The translations under genes and the position numbers were made by a program. Below are positions 10,633 to 20,582 of a stretch of DNA of 64,000 bases, in pieces. Below the pieces are notes generated by a model. The model was not told the DNA's origin and ran no database searches. It saw only the letters and a program-made list of their open reading frames with translations. Location: NCBI GenBank assembly GCA_963674595.2, contig CAXXFV010000029.1:32001-96000 (forward strand). Reading direction: 5' to 3'. Source of the stretch: a bacterium (lineage in GTDB: Bacteria; Zhuqueibacterota; Zhuqueibacteria; Residuimicrobiales; Krinioviventaceae). How positions within the stretch are numbered: position 1 is the stretch's first letter; each line of letters opens with the position of its first letter.

Positions 10633-10981
10633 TCCTTCGACTCCGCTCAGGATGACACCTCTCCCGCTTCGACTCGGGCCTTGAGCGGAGCCGAAAGGCC
10701 GCTCTGCTCGCAGGGGATTTGCAATCCCATGCGGAACCAATGAATCAGGGTTTTCATCCCTGTGATCCTACTTAAATAACTATATCATCCTTTCGGGATT
10801 CAATGGAGCCGGTGCCTTTTATCTATAATACTACCTCTACCCTCCGACGGAATAACTAAAGGGTTTTGCCCTTTTTATGTAAAGACCAAGCCTTTACTTT
10901 TCTGTGTCTTTATTATTTATTTATTGCCGGGTCATAGGTGATGATCCAGCCGACAAAAACAACTTCACTCCTGCCAACTTT

Positions 10982-12013
10982 TTATAAACGGCTATAGGTT
11001 ACCCAAAAGTCACCATAATCTGCGCTTTGTAACAATATTTGCAACTGTTTTTCAGAATTGAATTTTATTGGTATAAGTTCATTTTTATGGATACTGGCAT
11101 CAGGAGGCAGGTCCCAATTTTTATACAAACAAAATAGATAATAATCATTATTATATTTCATTATTTCAAAACTTCCGACATAGAGCGTTGTATGATTTCC
11201 ATGCATATGACTTTCATATACTTTATAGTTGGAAATTGTTCCGGACTTTGCAAACATAAATTCCGAATAAATGGAATAATAACCTTGAACATAGGTGGCT
11301 TTCCACATACCAATAATGAGCAGCTCATATTCATAAGGCTCGCGGACGGTAAAAGTCTTTGTACTGCTCCAGTCACTTATTTGTTTACTGTTCAGTGCCC
11401 TTACCCGCCAATAATACGTACCCAACGGCATGGAGGATGCAGGCGTATATTCTGCTTTGGGTATAGTTGAATCGTGAATTATCGGGCTGTTAAAATCAGC
11501 ATCATCATCAACAATCAGTTCATAATTTACAGCATCGTTTACCGTATTCCATGAAAATAAAGGTGTTTTATTTTTTGTGTCTGATTCATCTTTAGGGGCT
11601 ATCAGCACAGGTGCCGGCGGCGGTATTAATGTTTGAATAAGTGTAAAACTCCATACCGGCGTCCAATCGCCCCACACACCATCAGCATCCCTTGCCCGAA
11701 CCCGCCAGTAATAGGTGCCCAGAGAAAATTCTTTTGTTGGTGTATAGCTGTTATCCGGCGTCTTCTGCGTCAGCTCGGGACTGAGAAAGGTTTTACCCTC
11801 GTCAATGGCAATATGATATCCGGTTGCCCCGTTTATTTTGTTCCATGTGAACGTCAGATCAGGTGTTTCGAGGCTGGTTCCATTAACCGGATTTTGTAAA
11901 GAAAGGATTTTATTACCATTCATATCATTTTGGTCAACTTCGCTTGGTGACTTACAAAATAGCAAAAATGATAAAGCTGTAATACCTAATCCAAAACAGA
12001 ATTTGTAAAACAT
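10982..12013 (-). CDS. lipoprotein with two fibronectin-III-like domains
   Basis: GGAGG then ATG at 12013; two 'LGTYYWRVRA' repeats. Confidence 0.82.
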   Translation of the reverse strand: MFYKFCFGLGITALSFLLFCKSPSEVDQNDMNGNKILSLQNPVNGTSLETPDLTFTWNKINGATGYHIAIDEGKTFLSPELTQKTPDNSYTPTKEFSLGTYYWRVRARDADGVWGDWTPVWSFTLIQTLIPPPAPVLIAPKDESDTKNKTPLFSWNTVNDAVNYELIVDDDADFNSPIIHDSTIPKAEYTPASSMPLGTYYWRVRALNSKQISDWSSTKTFTVREPYEYELLIIGMWKATYVQGYYSIYSEFMFAKSGTISNYKVYESHMHGNHTTLYVGSFEIMKYNNDYYLFCLYKNWDLPPDASIHKNELIPIKFNSEKQLQILLQSADYGDFWVTYSRL

Positions 12014-12535
12014 TTTGACCTCCAATGATTTTAATACGTCCCGGAAATTCTGTTCCTGGACGTTAAAATACTCTCACCGCTCGCAGGGGATTTGCAAAAC
12101 CCTTCGGAACCAATGAAACAGGGATTTCATACCCAAACCAAAATATTTGATCGTACAAGGATTCTACCCTTGTACGGAATAATAAAAGGGCTTGGCCTTT
12201 TAAAAAGTTCTTTGCTATAAAGTCACAGCCTTTACTTTTCTGCGTCTTTATATTATTTATATATTGCCGGGTTATAAATGATGACCCAGCCTGCAACTTT
12301 TCAATGGTGCAGCAGAACTGCACGCTCCTGACAGGTTGAAATAATTTTCACTCCAACGCAGAGGCGCAGAGCACGCTGAGATTCGCAGAGGTTAAAAATT
12401 TCTCTCTGCGGTCCTCTGCGATCTTTGCGGCTCTGCGTTAAAATAAACTCGAACAAAAGGGCTTGGCCCTTTTAAAAAGTTCTTTGCTATAAAGGCAACG
12501 CCTTTACTTTTCTGCTTCCGGTTATATATAACATG

Positions 12536-12747
12536 ACGCACCCAACCCAAAAACGCCGGATGTGAACCAACAGGAATATGATTATGTGATAAACGCAATC
12601 TCTTCCTCGTGTGTGTGTATGAATCCCATATCTGTGTGTGGAAAATCAGCAAGGACGCCAGGAACTCCCAGACTCGACCAAATTATCCTGTAAACTGTCC
12701 GTTATAGCTGATAAATTAATAATACAAATTAAATAAAATCAAGGCAA
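12536..12747 (-). ncRNA. promoter + leader/ncRNA module, reverse-strand copy N
   Basis: Reverse complement reads TTGCCT-17bp-TATTAT then ATCAGC..GGAC..CAGGA..TCCTG..GTCCTTGCTGAT..CACACGAGGAAGAGATTGCG..TAATCATATTCCTGTTGGTTCAC. Confidence 0.7.
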
Positions 12748-12934
12748 GAGGTTTTTGAAAAATATTAAAAATAATTGATGGCCCAAAAAAAGCAGAGACG
12801 CACGGCCGTGCATCTCTACCAATGTGCGTCCCCGCTCGCGGTATCAAAAGTTCTTGAGCTGACCCTTTGTGTTCTTTGTGCCCTTTGTGAGAGAATACCC
12901 CCCTGCACTATTTTCAACATTTCTCAAAAATTCC

Positions 12935-12963
12935 TTGCACCAATGACACAAAATTTGTAATAT
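12935..12963 (+). promoter_or_regulatory. repeated sigma70-type promoter (no RNA module) upstream of the satD-like gene
   Basis: TTGCAC-17bp-TAATAT with the CCCCTGCACTATTTTCAACATT upstream block seen in other copies. Confidence 0.7.
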
Positions 12964-12982
12964 AATTCCATACTATCCAATA

Positions 12983-13057
12983 TGAACCAATTAGGTTCAA
13001 ACCTCACACAATGAACCAATAAAGTTCAATTAATTGTATGTGAACAAAATAAGTACA
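12983..13057. promoter_or_regulatory. three palindromic operator-like boxes TGAAC-N7-GT(T/A)CA
   Basis: Boxes start at 12983, 13012 and 13041 (29-bp period). Confidence 0.6.
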
Positions 13058-13084
13058 GCAGTAATAAAGAGAATAGGTATAAAA

Positions 13085-13717
13085 ATGAAATATCTCGCTG
13101 TGATTGCAGATATTATTAAATCCAGAGAAATTTTAAATAGAGAAGATTTCCAATTAAAGCTTACAAATAAATTGGAACAACTAAACAACTCTTCGAAAAA
13201 TATTATATCCCCGTATACAATAACGTTGGGAGATGAATTTCAATCAGTATATAAATCTGCTGATGGTCTGCTTGAAGATTTTTATGAAATATTAATTGAA
13301 TTATATCCCGTCAAAATTCGATTTTCCGTAGGACTGGACCTCATTTCCACAAATTTAAAGACAAATACATCTTTGGGAATGGACGGCCCCGCTTTTTATA
13401 AAGCCAGGGAAGGAATCGAAACTCTAAAAAACAAAAAAATTTCACTCGTCCAGTTTTTCAGTTCACAAACAGATGAGTTGGATCTGATTAATAAAAGTTT
13501 AATTTTGATGAACAGCATAATGAATAATTGGAAGTATAATTCATTATTTATATTTAATGAGCTTTTAAATACAAATCAAATTCCCAAAATTGCAAACAGC
13601 CTCGAAATATCTACCAGGGGTGTTTATAAAACAATAACAACAAATAACATTAAAGAATTTGTACGAATGCATCAAATGATAGAAAATTATTTAATAAAAG
13701 AAATAAACAGAGAATGA
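13085..13717 (+). CDS. SatD family protein
   Basis: IADIIKSR, TITLGDEFQ and MDGPAF..AR motifs; C-terminal HTH-like segment; ATG 13085 preferred. Confidence 0.88.
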   Translation: MKYLAVIADIIKSREILNREDFQLKLTNKLEQLNNSSKNIISPYTITLGDEFQSVYKSADGLLEDFYEILIELYPVKIRFSVGLDLISTNLKTNTSLGMDGPAFYKAREGIETLKNKKISLVQFFSSQTDELDLINKSLILMNSIMNNWKYNSLFIFNELLNTNQIPKIANSLEISTRGVYKTITTNNIKEFVRMHQMIENYLIKEINRE

Positions 13718-14473
13718 GCATACAAATTTTATATGTCTTCAATTTTTTGCTTATAATACGCATTATTTTCCAATGGAATGATGCCCAACTAACTTTTAAA
13801 AAGAATATTTTTATGTTCTTTTTACATACAATCTCTATCGTTCCATTTATAAATAATAATTTCTGTATTTTATTGTCAAGTATAATTCTATATCATATTT
13901 TTATATTTTTATCAGAAAAATTCATTAATGAAAAAACACTAGCCAGAATTTTACAATTTATTTTCATCGTTATAATGACCAGTTTTATATTTAAAGTATT
14001 TAACATAAAGTTTAACAATCTATTTTTAAATTTTTATAATATAATCAAACATAACAATATGTTATTAAATAGTTTTAATAACATCCAAATAAAAAAAGCT
14101 TTTATTGCGCTGTGTGGTGTTTTAATTGCAATGAATGAAATTAATAACCTTATACGATTCATTCTTAAATTTTTTAAAATCCAGCCATCATCAAATCACG
14201 AAAAGGATGACATTAAATCCGATAAAAATAAAGTAAATGATACAGAATTAAATCGAGGAAAAATTATTGGTATTCTGGAACGAATTTTAATATTTTTCTT
14301 TACACTTGGGGAATTATGCGTCAATTGGATTTATTTTAGCAGCAAAAGGTTTTACAAGATTTAAAGAGTTGGACAACAAAGATTTTGCTGAATATGTTTT
14401 AATAGGAACATTGCTCTCATGCTCATTATCCATATTTTTGGGATATTTATTTCATTTAATAATAGAAACATAA
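13714..14473 (+). pseudogene. DUF3307-like membrane protein with a +1 frameshift in a G4 run (14308-14311)
   Basis: GKIIGILER in the annotated frame; the conserved continuation IGFILAAKGFTRF..FAEYVLIGTLLS is in the next frame, stop at 14471-14473. Confidence 0.8.
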
Positions 14474-14623
14474 AACACTTTATTTCACATAACAATGTGC
14501 GGCACTTGACTGGCAGGCGGTATTTCAATTTCAGAAGATGAGCGCCAAAATTTTTCAAGAACAATCCAAATAGTGGGTAAAAATCTCCCCCCTGCACTAT
14601 TTTCAACATTCCGCAAAAATCCC

Positions 14624-14826
14624 TTGCCTTGATTTTATTTAATGTGTATAATTATTTATCAGATACAAGGCGTGTTTTTAGGACGATTGGGTCGGACATA
14701 TGAGTTCTGAAAACCTTGACTGATTTACCACTATTTTTTTAAATACGGGTTTTAACAGCACACACGAGGAAGAGATTGCGCTATAGCTATAATCATATTC
14801 CTGTTGGTTCACGGTCTCAAATTTTT
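14624..14826 (+). ncRNA. promoter + leader/ncRNA module, copy C
   Basis: TTGCCT-17bp-TATAAT (extended TG), then the full conserved module. Confidence 0.7.
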
Positions 14827-14923
14827 GTCGCCCCTGATATATTATCATAGCCGATTAAATAAATGGGGAATTTCCCCCGCAAATAAAGATTAACAGGGAA
14901 ATTTTAACAACAAGGGAGAATAG

Positions 14924-15631
14924 ATGAAAACAAGCAAAATAATTATCGTTATTCTGTTTTGCTTAAGCGCAATGGCCCAGGCTAAAAAGGACGTTTCACC
15001 GGAAATAAGATTGTTCGGGGGTTATGCGGATTTTCCCTATATGCCTTTTTTTGCAGATGAGTTTTATAGAGACGGCCTGGGTTTTTACAACGGAACAAAT
15101 GTCGGCATCAAAGCCGGTTTAAATATCTCTTCATTTGACGTGAATGTAAAATTCCGGCGCTATTATTACAAAGCCGATGGAAAATATGCCGGACGTGTTG
15201 AACCACATTACCATCACCATCTCGACATCAAGGGTGAGACCGAGCTGGAAATCAATACCTTTTCATTTGGAATTGAGTGGAATATCAGAAGGCATAAAAA
15301 AATTAGTCCATTTATCTATTGCGATTACTTGCCGGATTGCGATACAGATGTAAAAATTTTAAAAATCCCAACAGGTCCAAATTTACCGGCTTCCTATGCA
15401 AACATTCGAACAGATTTTTCATTTTCTGAAAACAACCGCAGCGGTTATGCCTTTGGGGCCGGCATTGAGATAAAAATTTTACCCCATATATCAGCGGGAA
15501 TTTTGGTCGAACAGGCAAAATTTCCAAAAGATCAAAATGATCCCAGTAACGACTCGATTTATTCAAAAGTACTGCCCCAGGAAAACATTTCAATCATGTC
15601 CGTTAATGCGCTGCTGAGCTTTGAATTATAA
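14924..15631 (+). CDS. outer-membrane beta-barrel protein
   Basis: Signal peptide, alternating beta-strand pattern, GYAFGAGIE motif. Confidence 0.75.
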   Translation: MKTSKIIIVILFCLSAMAQAKKDVSPEIRLFGGYADFPYMPFFADEFYRDGLGFYNGTNVGIKAGLNISSFDVNVKFRRYYYKADGKYAGRVEPHYHHHLDIKGETELEINTFSFGIEWNIRRHKKISPFIYCDYLPDCDTDVKILKIPTGPNLPASYANIRTDFSFSENNRSGYAFGAGIEIKILPHISAGILVEQAKFPKDQNDPSNDSIYSKVLPQENISIMSVNALLSFEL

Positions 15632-15802
15632 AACAGATAACCGGATGTCAATCGCAGTATACCGGGCCTGCCATACCGTTTTATATCAAATAGGGTAAAC
15701 ACCCGGATCTTTTAAATGCCCCGGGGAAAGAATTTTAAAACGACGATAAAAATTACAAATAAATAATCATTGCTAAAATGCACCAAAATTGGTACATTCT
15801 CT

Positions 15803-16153
15803 ATGAATAGCAAAACGCGTTTAAAAGTCGTATTTTACAGAACGGATTCAGGTAATGAACCGGTACGGGAGTGGCTTCAAAATTTATCTCGTGAGGACAA
15901 GAAAATAATTGGTGAAGACATAAAAACAATACAGTTTGGCTGGCCTTTAGGGATGCCCCTTGTTCGAAAATTAGAAAGCGATATATGGGAAATCCGCAGC
16001 AGTTTAAAAGACCGTATTTCACGCGTATTGTTTACCGTCATTAACGATAATATGATTTTACTCCACGGTTTTATTAAAAAATCCCAAAAAACACCCAAAG
16101 AAGATATGACTAAAGCAAGAAAAAGAGTTAAAGACATCAGGAGTCAATTATGA
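15803..16153 (+). CDS. RelE/ParE-superfamily toxin (Gp49/DUF891-like)
   Basis: FY.T.SG.EPVREWL, GWPLGMPLVRKL, IWEIRS, LLHGFIKKSQKTP; start 15803 or 15770. Confidence 0.9.
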   Translation: MNSKTRLKVVFYRTDSGNEPVREWLQNLSREDKKIIGEDIKTIQFGWPLGMPLVRKLESDIWEIRSSLKDRISRVLFTVINDNMILLHGFIKKSQKTPKEDMTKARKRVKDIRSQL

Positions 16154-16431
16154 ATAATAAATATATTGGCAGTGACTTTGATGATTTCCTTGAACAAGAG
16201 GGGTTGCTGGCGGAAATCGAATCGAATGCCATAAAAAGAGTCATTGCCTTTCAAATTAGTGAATTGATGAAAAAACACAAGCTTTCAAAAGCAGCCATGG
16301 CCAGACAAATGCAAACCAGTCGTTCGTCAATCGACAGACTGCTCGATCCCCAAAACGAATCCGTAACCCTTCAAACACTGGAACGCGCCGCAATTGTTTT
16401 GGGTAAAAGACTCGAAATAAATTTTATTTAG
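16150..16431 (+). CDS. XRE-family HTH antitoxin
   Basis: IGSDFDDFL..EG, MA..M.TSRS.IDRLLDP; overlaps the toxin stop. Confidence 0.9.
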   Translation: MNNKYIGSDFDDFLEQEGLLAEIESNAIKRVIAFQISELMKKHKLSKAAMARQMQTSRSSIDRLLDPQNESVTLQTLERAAIVLGKRLEINFI

Positions 16432-16530
16432 ACACAAAAGGATAATAACGTGTATTATCCTTTGTGTTCTTTGTGCCCTTTGTGAGAGAATCCCCCCCCT
16501 GCACTATTTTCAACATTTCTCAAAAATCCC

Positions 16531-16737
16531 TTGCCTTGATTTTAATTAATGTGTATAATTATTTATCAGATACAAGGCGTGTTTTCAGAACAATATGGTC
16601 GGACATGGGAGTTCTGAAAATCCTGACTGATTTACCACTATTTTTTTAAATACGGGTTTTAACCACACACACGAGGAAGAGATTGCGCTATAGCTATAAT
16701 CACATTCCTGTTGGTTCACGGTCTCAAATAGTTGGGT
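16531..16737 (+). ncRNA. promoter + leader/ncRNA module, copy D
   Basis: TTGCCT-17bp-TATAAT; TTTTCAGAAC(16582) is the perfect complement of GTTCTGAAAA(16611). Confidence 0.7.
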
Positions 16738-16869
16738 GATACTCTGCAGAACTATTCCAGTTGAAAAATTCCAGGGACGGCAATTTTTACAAAAGTGTTG
16801 TGAAATTCTCAGTCATGTTATTAAATAATTCTTTCTGTTGCATTTTGTTAACAAATTAGTTAACTTTTT

Positions 16870-17208
16870 ATGATAAGAGAAATTAAGTTCTATAAACATT
16901 ATTTTATTGACTTTTACAGGTCGTTAAGCAATTCCGCACAGGAAAAAATTGATTATGTTTTTAAATTGCTTGGGACCGTTAATAAAATACCGTCAAAATT
17001 CCTCAAACATATTAAAGGAACAGACGGACTCTATGAAATTAGAATTAAAACCGGCAGTGATATTTACAGAATTTTTTGCTGTTTCGATTCGGACAATATA
17101 ATAATACTGTTTCATGGATTTCAAAAAAAGAGCCAAAAAATACCGAAAAAAGAAATCAGCAAAGCAGTTTGTCTCAAAAATGAATATTTTAAAAACAGAA
17201 AAGATTAA
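16870..17208 (+). CDS. HigB/Gp49-like RelE-family toxin, copy 1
   Basis: GLYEIRI..YRIF..ILFHGFQKKSQK motifs. Confidence 0.9.
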   Translation: MIREIKFYKHYFIDFYRSLSNSAQEKIDYVFKLLGTVNKIPSKFLKHIKGTDGLYEIRIKTGSDIYRIFCCFDSDNIIILFHGFQKKSQKIPKKEISKAVCLKNEYFKNRKD

Positions 17209-17210
17209 CC

Positions 17211-17504
17211 ATGGATAAAGATATAAAAACATTTGATGAGCTTTTGGATAACAAATATGGTGTGCCCGGCACCCAAAAGCGCGACGCATTTGAAGTAAAG
17301 GCAAAAGCCTTTATTATCGGAGAAATGGTTAAACAAGCCAGAAAACAGGCCCAATTAACCCAGGAAGATTTGGCAAAAAAAACAGGGACAAAGAAAAGCT
17401 ATATCTCCCGGCTTGAAAACGGCAAAATTGATATTCAAATATCCACTCTTTTCAAAATATTTGAAGACGGCCTCGGTAAAAAATTAAAATTGACCTTTTC
17501 ATAG
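17211..17504 (+). CDS. HigA-like XRE antitoxin, copy 1
   Basis: LTQEDLAKKTGTKKSYISRLENG HTH. Confidence 0.9.
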   Translation: MDKDIKTFDELLDNKYGVPGTQKRDAFEVKAKAFIIGEMVKQARKQAQLTQEDLAKKTGTKKSYISRLENGKIDIQISTLFKIFEDGLGKKLKLTFS

Positions 17505-17624
17505 CCGCAGCGTGCGGCGTCACCCTGAGCGGCCTTTCGGCTCTGCTCAAGGACCGAGTCGAAGGGTGGCCAAGAAACCAGTCCATTCCCCCCTGCACTA
17601 TTTTCAAAATTTCTTAAAAATCCC

Positions 17625-17784
17625 TTGCCTTGATTTTAATTAATGTGTATAATTATTTATCAGCTACAAGGCATGTTTTCAGAACAATATGGTCGGACAT
17701 GGGAGTTCTGAAAACCTTGACTGATTTACCACTATTTTTTCAAATACGGGTTTTAACCACACACACGAGGAAGAGATTGCGTCG
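17625..17784 (+). ncRNA. promoter + leader/ncRNA module, copy E (3'-truncated)
   Basis: Same promoter and hairpin 1 as copy D; similarity stops after GATTGCGTCG. Confidence 0.65.
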
Positions 17785-17817
17785 CTCAGTATAATATTAT
17801 AATTCAAGGAGATTAAA

Positions 17818-18027
17818 ATGTTAAATCCAGCACCATCAACTCAGGAAATTATTATTATTTCAGTCGTGTGCCTCCTTCCGATTGTTCTGTTTTGGAAGAT
17901 ATTTAAAAAAGCAGGATACCCGGGAGCGTTATCTCTATTACTCTATATCCCTGTTGTAAATCTGGCTCTATTGATATATTTCGCATTTGCAAAATGGCCA
18001 ATTGAACATAAATTGAATGCGAATTAA
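17818..18027 (+). CDS. small membrane protein
   Basis: AAGGAG RBS; WKIFKKAG.PG..SLL..IP.VNL..FAF.KWP motif. Confidence 0.8.
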   Translation: MLNPAPSTQEIIIISVVCLLPIVLFWKIFKKAGYPGALSLLLYIPVVNLALLIYFAFAKWPIEHKLNAN

Positions 18028-18205
18028 GAGTCATTCTCAAGGGCATATTTGATGGCCCAGAGGTTGCGTATAGTCCTACCGCATCGTTCCAGTTAAAATA
18101 TTCCAGGGACGGCAATGTTCACAATTATAAATGTTGTGAAATTCTCAGTCATGTTATTAAATAATTCTTTCTGTTGCATTTTGTTAACAAATTAGTTAAC
18201 TTTTT

Positions 18206-18544
18206 ATGATAAGAGAAATCAAGTTCTATAAACATTATTTTATTGACTTTTACAGGTCGTTAAGCAATTCCGCACAGGAAAAAATTGATTATGTTTTTAA
18301 ATTGCTTGGGACCGTTAATAAAATACCGTCAAAATTCCTCAAACATATTAAAGGAACAGACGGACTCTATGAAATTAGAATTAAAACCGGCAGTGATATT
18401 TACAGAATTTTTTGCTGTTTCGATTCGGACAATATTGTAATATTGTTTCATGGATTTCAAAAAAAGAGCCAAAAAATACCGAAAAAAGAAATCAGCAAAG
18501 CAGTTTGTCTCAAAAATGAATATTTTAAAAACAGAAAAGATTAA
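18206..18544 (+). CDS. HigB/Gp49-like toxin, copy 2
   Basis: One amino-acid difference from copy 1. Confidence 0.9.
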   Translation: MIREIKFYKHYFIDFYRSLSNSAQEKIDYVFKLLGTVNKIPSKFLKHIKGTDGLYEIRIKTGSDIYRIFCCFDSDNIVILFHGFQKKSQKIPKKEISKAVCLKNEYFKNRKD

Positions 18545-18546
18545 CT

Positions 18547-18840
18547 ATGGATAAAGATATAAAAACATTTGATGAGCTTTTGGATAGCAAATATGGTGAA
18601 CCCGGCACCCAAAAGCGCGACGCATTTGAAGCAAAGGCAAAAGCCTTTATTATCGGAGAAATGGTTAAACAAGCCAGAAAACAGGCCCAATTAACCCAGG
18701 AAGATTTGGCAAAAAAAACAGGGACAAAAAAAAGCTATATCTCCCGGCTTGAAAACGGCAAAATTGATATTCAAATATCCACTCTTTTCAAAATATTTGA
18801 AGACGGTCTCGGTAAAAAATTAAAATTGACCTTTTCATAA
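18547..18840 (+). CDS. HigA-like antitoxin, copy 2
   Basis: Three amino-acid differences from copy 1. Confidence 0.9.
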   Translation: MDKDIKTFDELLDSKYGEPGTQKRDAFEAKAKAFIIGEMVKQARKQAQLTQEDLAKKTGTKKSYISRLENGKIDIQISTLFKIFEDGLGKKLKLTFS

Positions 18841-18963
18841 CCATAGCGTGCGGCGTCACCCTGAGCGGCCTTTCGGCTCTGCTCAAGGACCGAGTCGAAG
18901 GGTGTCCTAGCAAGCAGCACATTCTCCCCCACACATTTATTTTCAACATTTCTTAAAAATCCC

Positions 18964-19178
18964 TTGCCTTGATTTTAATTAATGTGTATAATTATTTATC
19001 AGAAAGGCGTGTTTTCAGAACAATATGGTCGGACATGGGAGTTCTGAAAACCTTGACTGATTTACCACTATTTTTTTAAATACGGGTTTTAACAGCACAC
19101 GAGGAAGAGATTGCGCTATAGCTATAATCATATTCCTGTTGGTTCACGGTTTCAATTATTTTGGGGTTGGGTGGGGTG
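18964..19178 (+). ncRNA. promoter + leader/ncRNA module, copy F
   Basis: TTGCCT-17bp-TATAAT; full module ending TTTTGGGGTTGGGTG like copies A and N. Confidence 0.7.
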
Positions 19179-19385
19179 TGTCTGTGATGGATTGGAAAGT
19201 TATTTATTATAAAGTCAACTACCGAGGAATACTCGGTAGTTCAAAAAGAAGGTGCCAGAAATATTAAACTCGATCGTTCAGAGGTCCCAACCTCTGGATG
19301 CAGGAAATTAAAGACTTTGCCTTTATGTTAACCAGTCCAAGGGTTTACATTCATAGACGATTAAAATTAATATTAGTAGGAAGAC

Positions 19386-20261
19386 ATGACTTACAAAGTA
19401 AACTCAGTGTTTGAAACAACATCGAAAGGAATTGCCTCGATCATCTCTGGCGGAGAGTCCGAAAGAGTCGAATTCGAACGAATGCTACCACCTGAGGCTG
19501 TCATTGCACGAGCCTTGACCGCTTTTGCCAATACTTCAGGCGGCATTCTTCTCGTCGGTGTTGATGACGACGGGGCTATCATCGGTTTAACAGATGGTGA
19601 GGTCGCCGAAGCAATCGCTAGATTACAGGCTGTCAGCTACTCACTCCTAGGACGGAACTGCAATGTTGGGACAGTTGAAGTGGATGGAAAATCAGTAGTT
19701 TACGTAAGCACAACGAAAATACCAGAGTATCTCGCACCCGTTGTAACTTCGGAGGGGCGAGCATACCGGAGGAAGGGATTTACGAACATAGGCATTGATC
19801 TTGGGACAACCAACTCATCCGTGATTTATTCACCATCGGTTGGTCCCCGAAAAATTTCTATATTCGTCGCTATGTCTTTTCGTATAGAAGAAGAGCCAGC
19901 CCTAGTAGACTATTTCCGTGCAATGCAACGGGCAATTGAGTATTTGAATGTAGCCATTGAGCTGAGACGTGTTGATCTTGCGGAGGGAGACTTTGAAATC
20001 TCTCAAAAAATCATGGATGAGATTGACATGGCAGATGTAGTTATCGCAGATCTAACACTAAATTCCCGAAATGTTTACTTTGAGCTTGGTTATGCACGTG
20101 GAAGAAAACGCCGTATTGTGCAGACCGCTAGAAAGGGAACTGTGCTCGAGTTTGATATTCGTAATTGGCGTACGATCTTTTATCGAAATGCAACAGAGTT
20201 GGAGGAGAAGCTCGTAGAAGAATTCAAGAATTTGTGGGATGAGTTGAAAGATACAGTTTAA
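19386..20261 (+). CDS. Schlafen/AlbA_2 domain fused to a nucleoside deoxyribosyltransferase/TIR-like domain (putative defence protein)
   Basis: GESERVEF, AFANTSGGILLVGVDDDG; C-terminal IFVAMSF, AD.VIADLT..RNVYFELGYA. Confidence 0.82.
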   Translation: MTYKVNSVFETTSKGIASIISGGESERVEFERMLPPEAVIARALTAFANTSGGILLVGVDDDGAIIGLTDGEVAEAIARLQAVSYSLLGRNCNVGTVEVDGKSVVYVSTTKIPEYLAPVVTSEGRAYRRKGFTNIGIDLGTTNSSVIYSPSVGPRKISIFVAMSFRIEEEPALVDYFRAMQRAIEYLNVAIELRRVDLAEGDFEISQKIMDEIDMADVVIADLTLNSRNVYFELGYARGRKRRIVQTARKGTVLEFDIRNWRTIFYRNATELEEKLVEEFKNLWDELKDTV

Positions 20262-20520
20262 CCATCCTTTCGTGTGGTCCGAGCCAGCGTAGGATCAGTC
20301 AGAGCGCAATTCTTCGACACCATTTTATGCTCAACAGGGCAAATGCCCTGTTATATTTAACGCCCTAGAGAAGATTTTCAGGTCAAGCAAGGTCAATAAT
20401 TAGTTGATTGTAACTCTACTGAGTTGTTCTATAGTCAATATTGGAAATATCCTAATCTTTTAACGTTTGCTAAAAGGAAATACAAAGTGAGTAAAGAATT
20501 TACAAAAGTTGAAATATTAT

Positions 20521-20563
20521 TTGCATAAGTTGTAATTTGTGACTATATTTGACATATTGTCAA
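20521..20563 (+). promoter_or_regulatory. methyltransferase promoter with 15-bp palindromic operator TTGACATATTGTCAA
   Basis: TTGCAT-17bp-TATATT; palindrome at 20549-20563 covers the expected start site. Confidence 0.65.
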
Positions 20564-20582
20564 TTTTATTCCCAGAGGATAC

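Noticed and set aside
14677-14812. ~44-codon antisense ORF (VNQQEYDY...) within the RNA module, suggesting a type I toxin
   Set aside because: The frame is not preserved between copies (indels, e.g. copy F), it lacks an RBS and the peptide is not hydrophobic.
20255-20320. GTTTAAC overlapping the AlbA stop codon as a possible attC R'' box
   Set aside because: No matching arms or R' box found.
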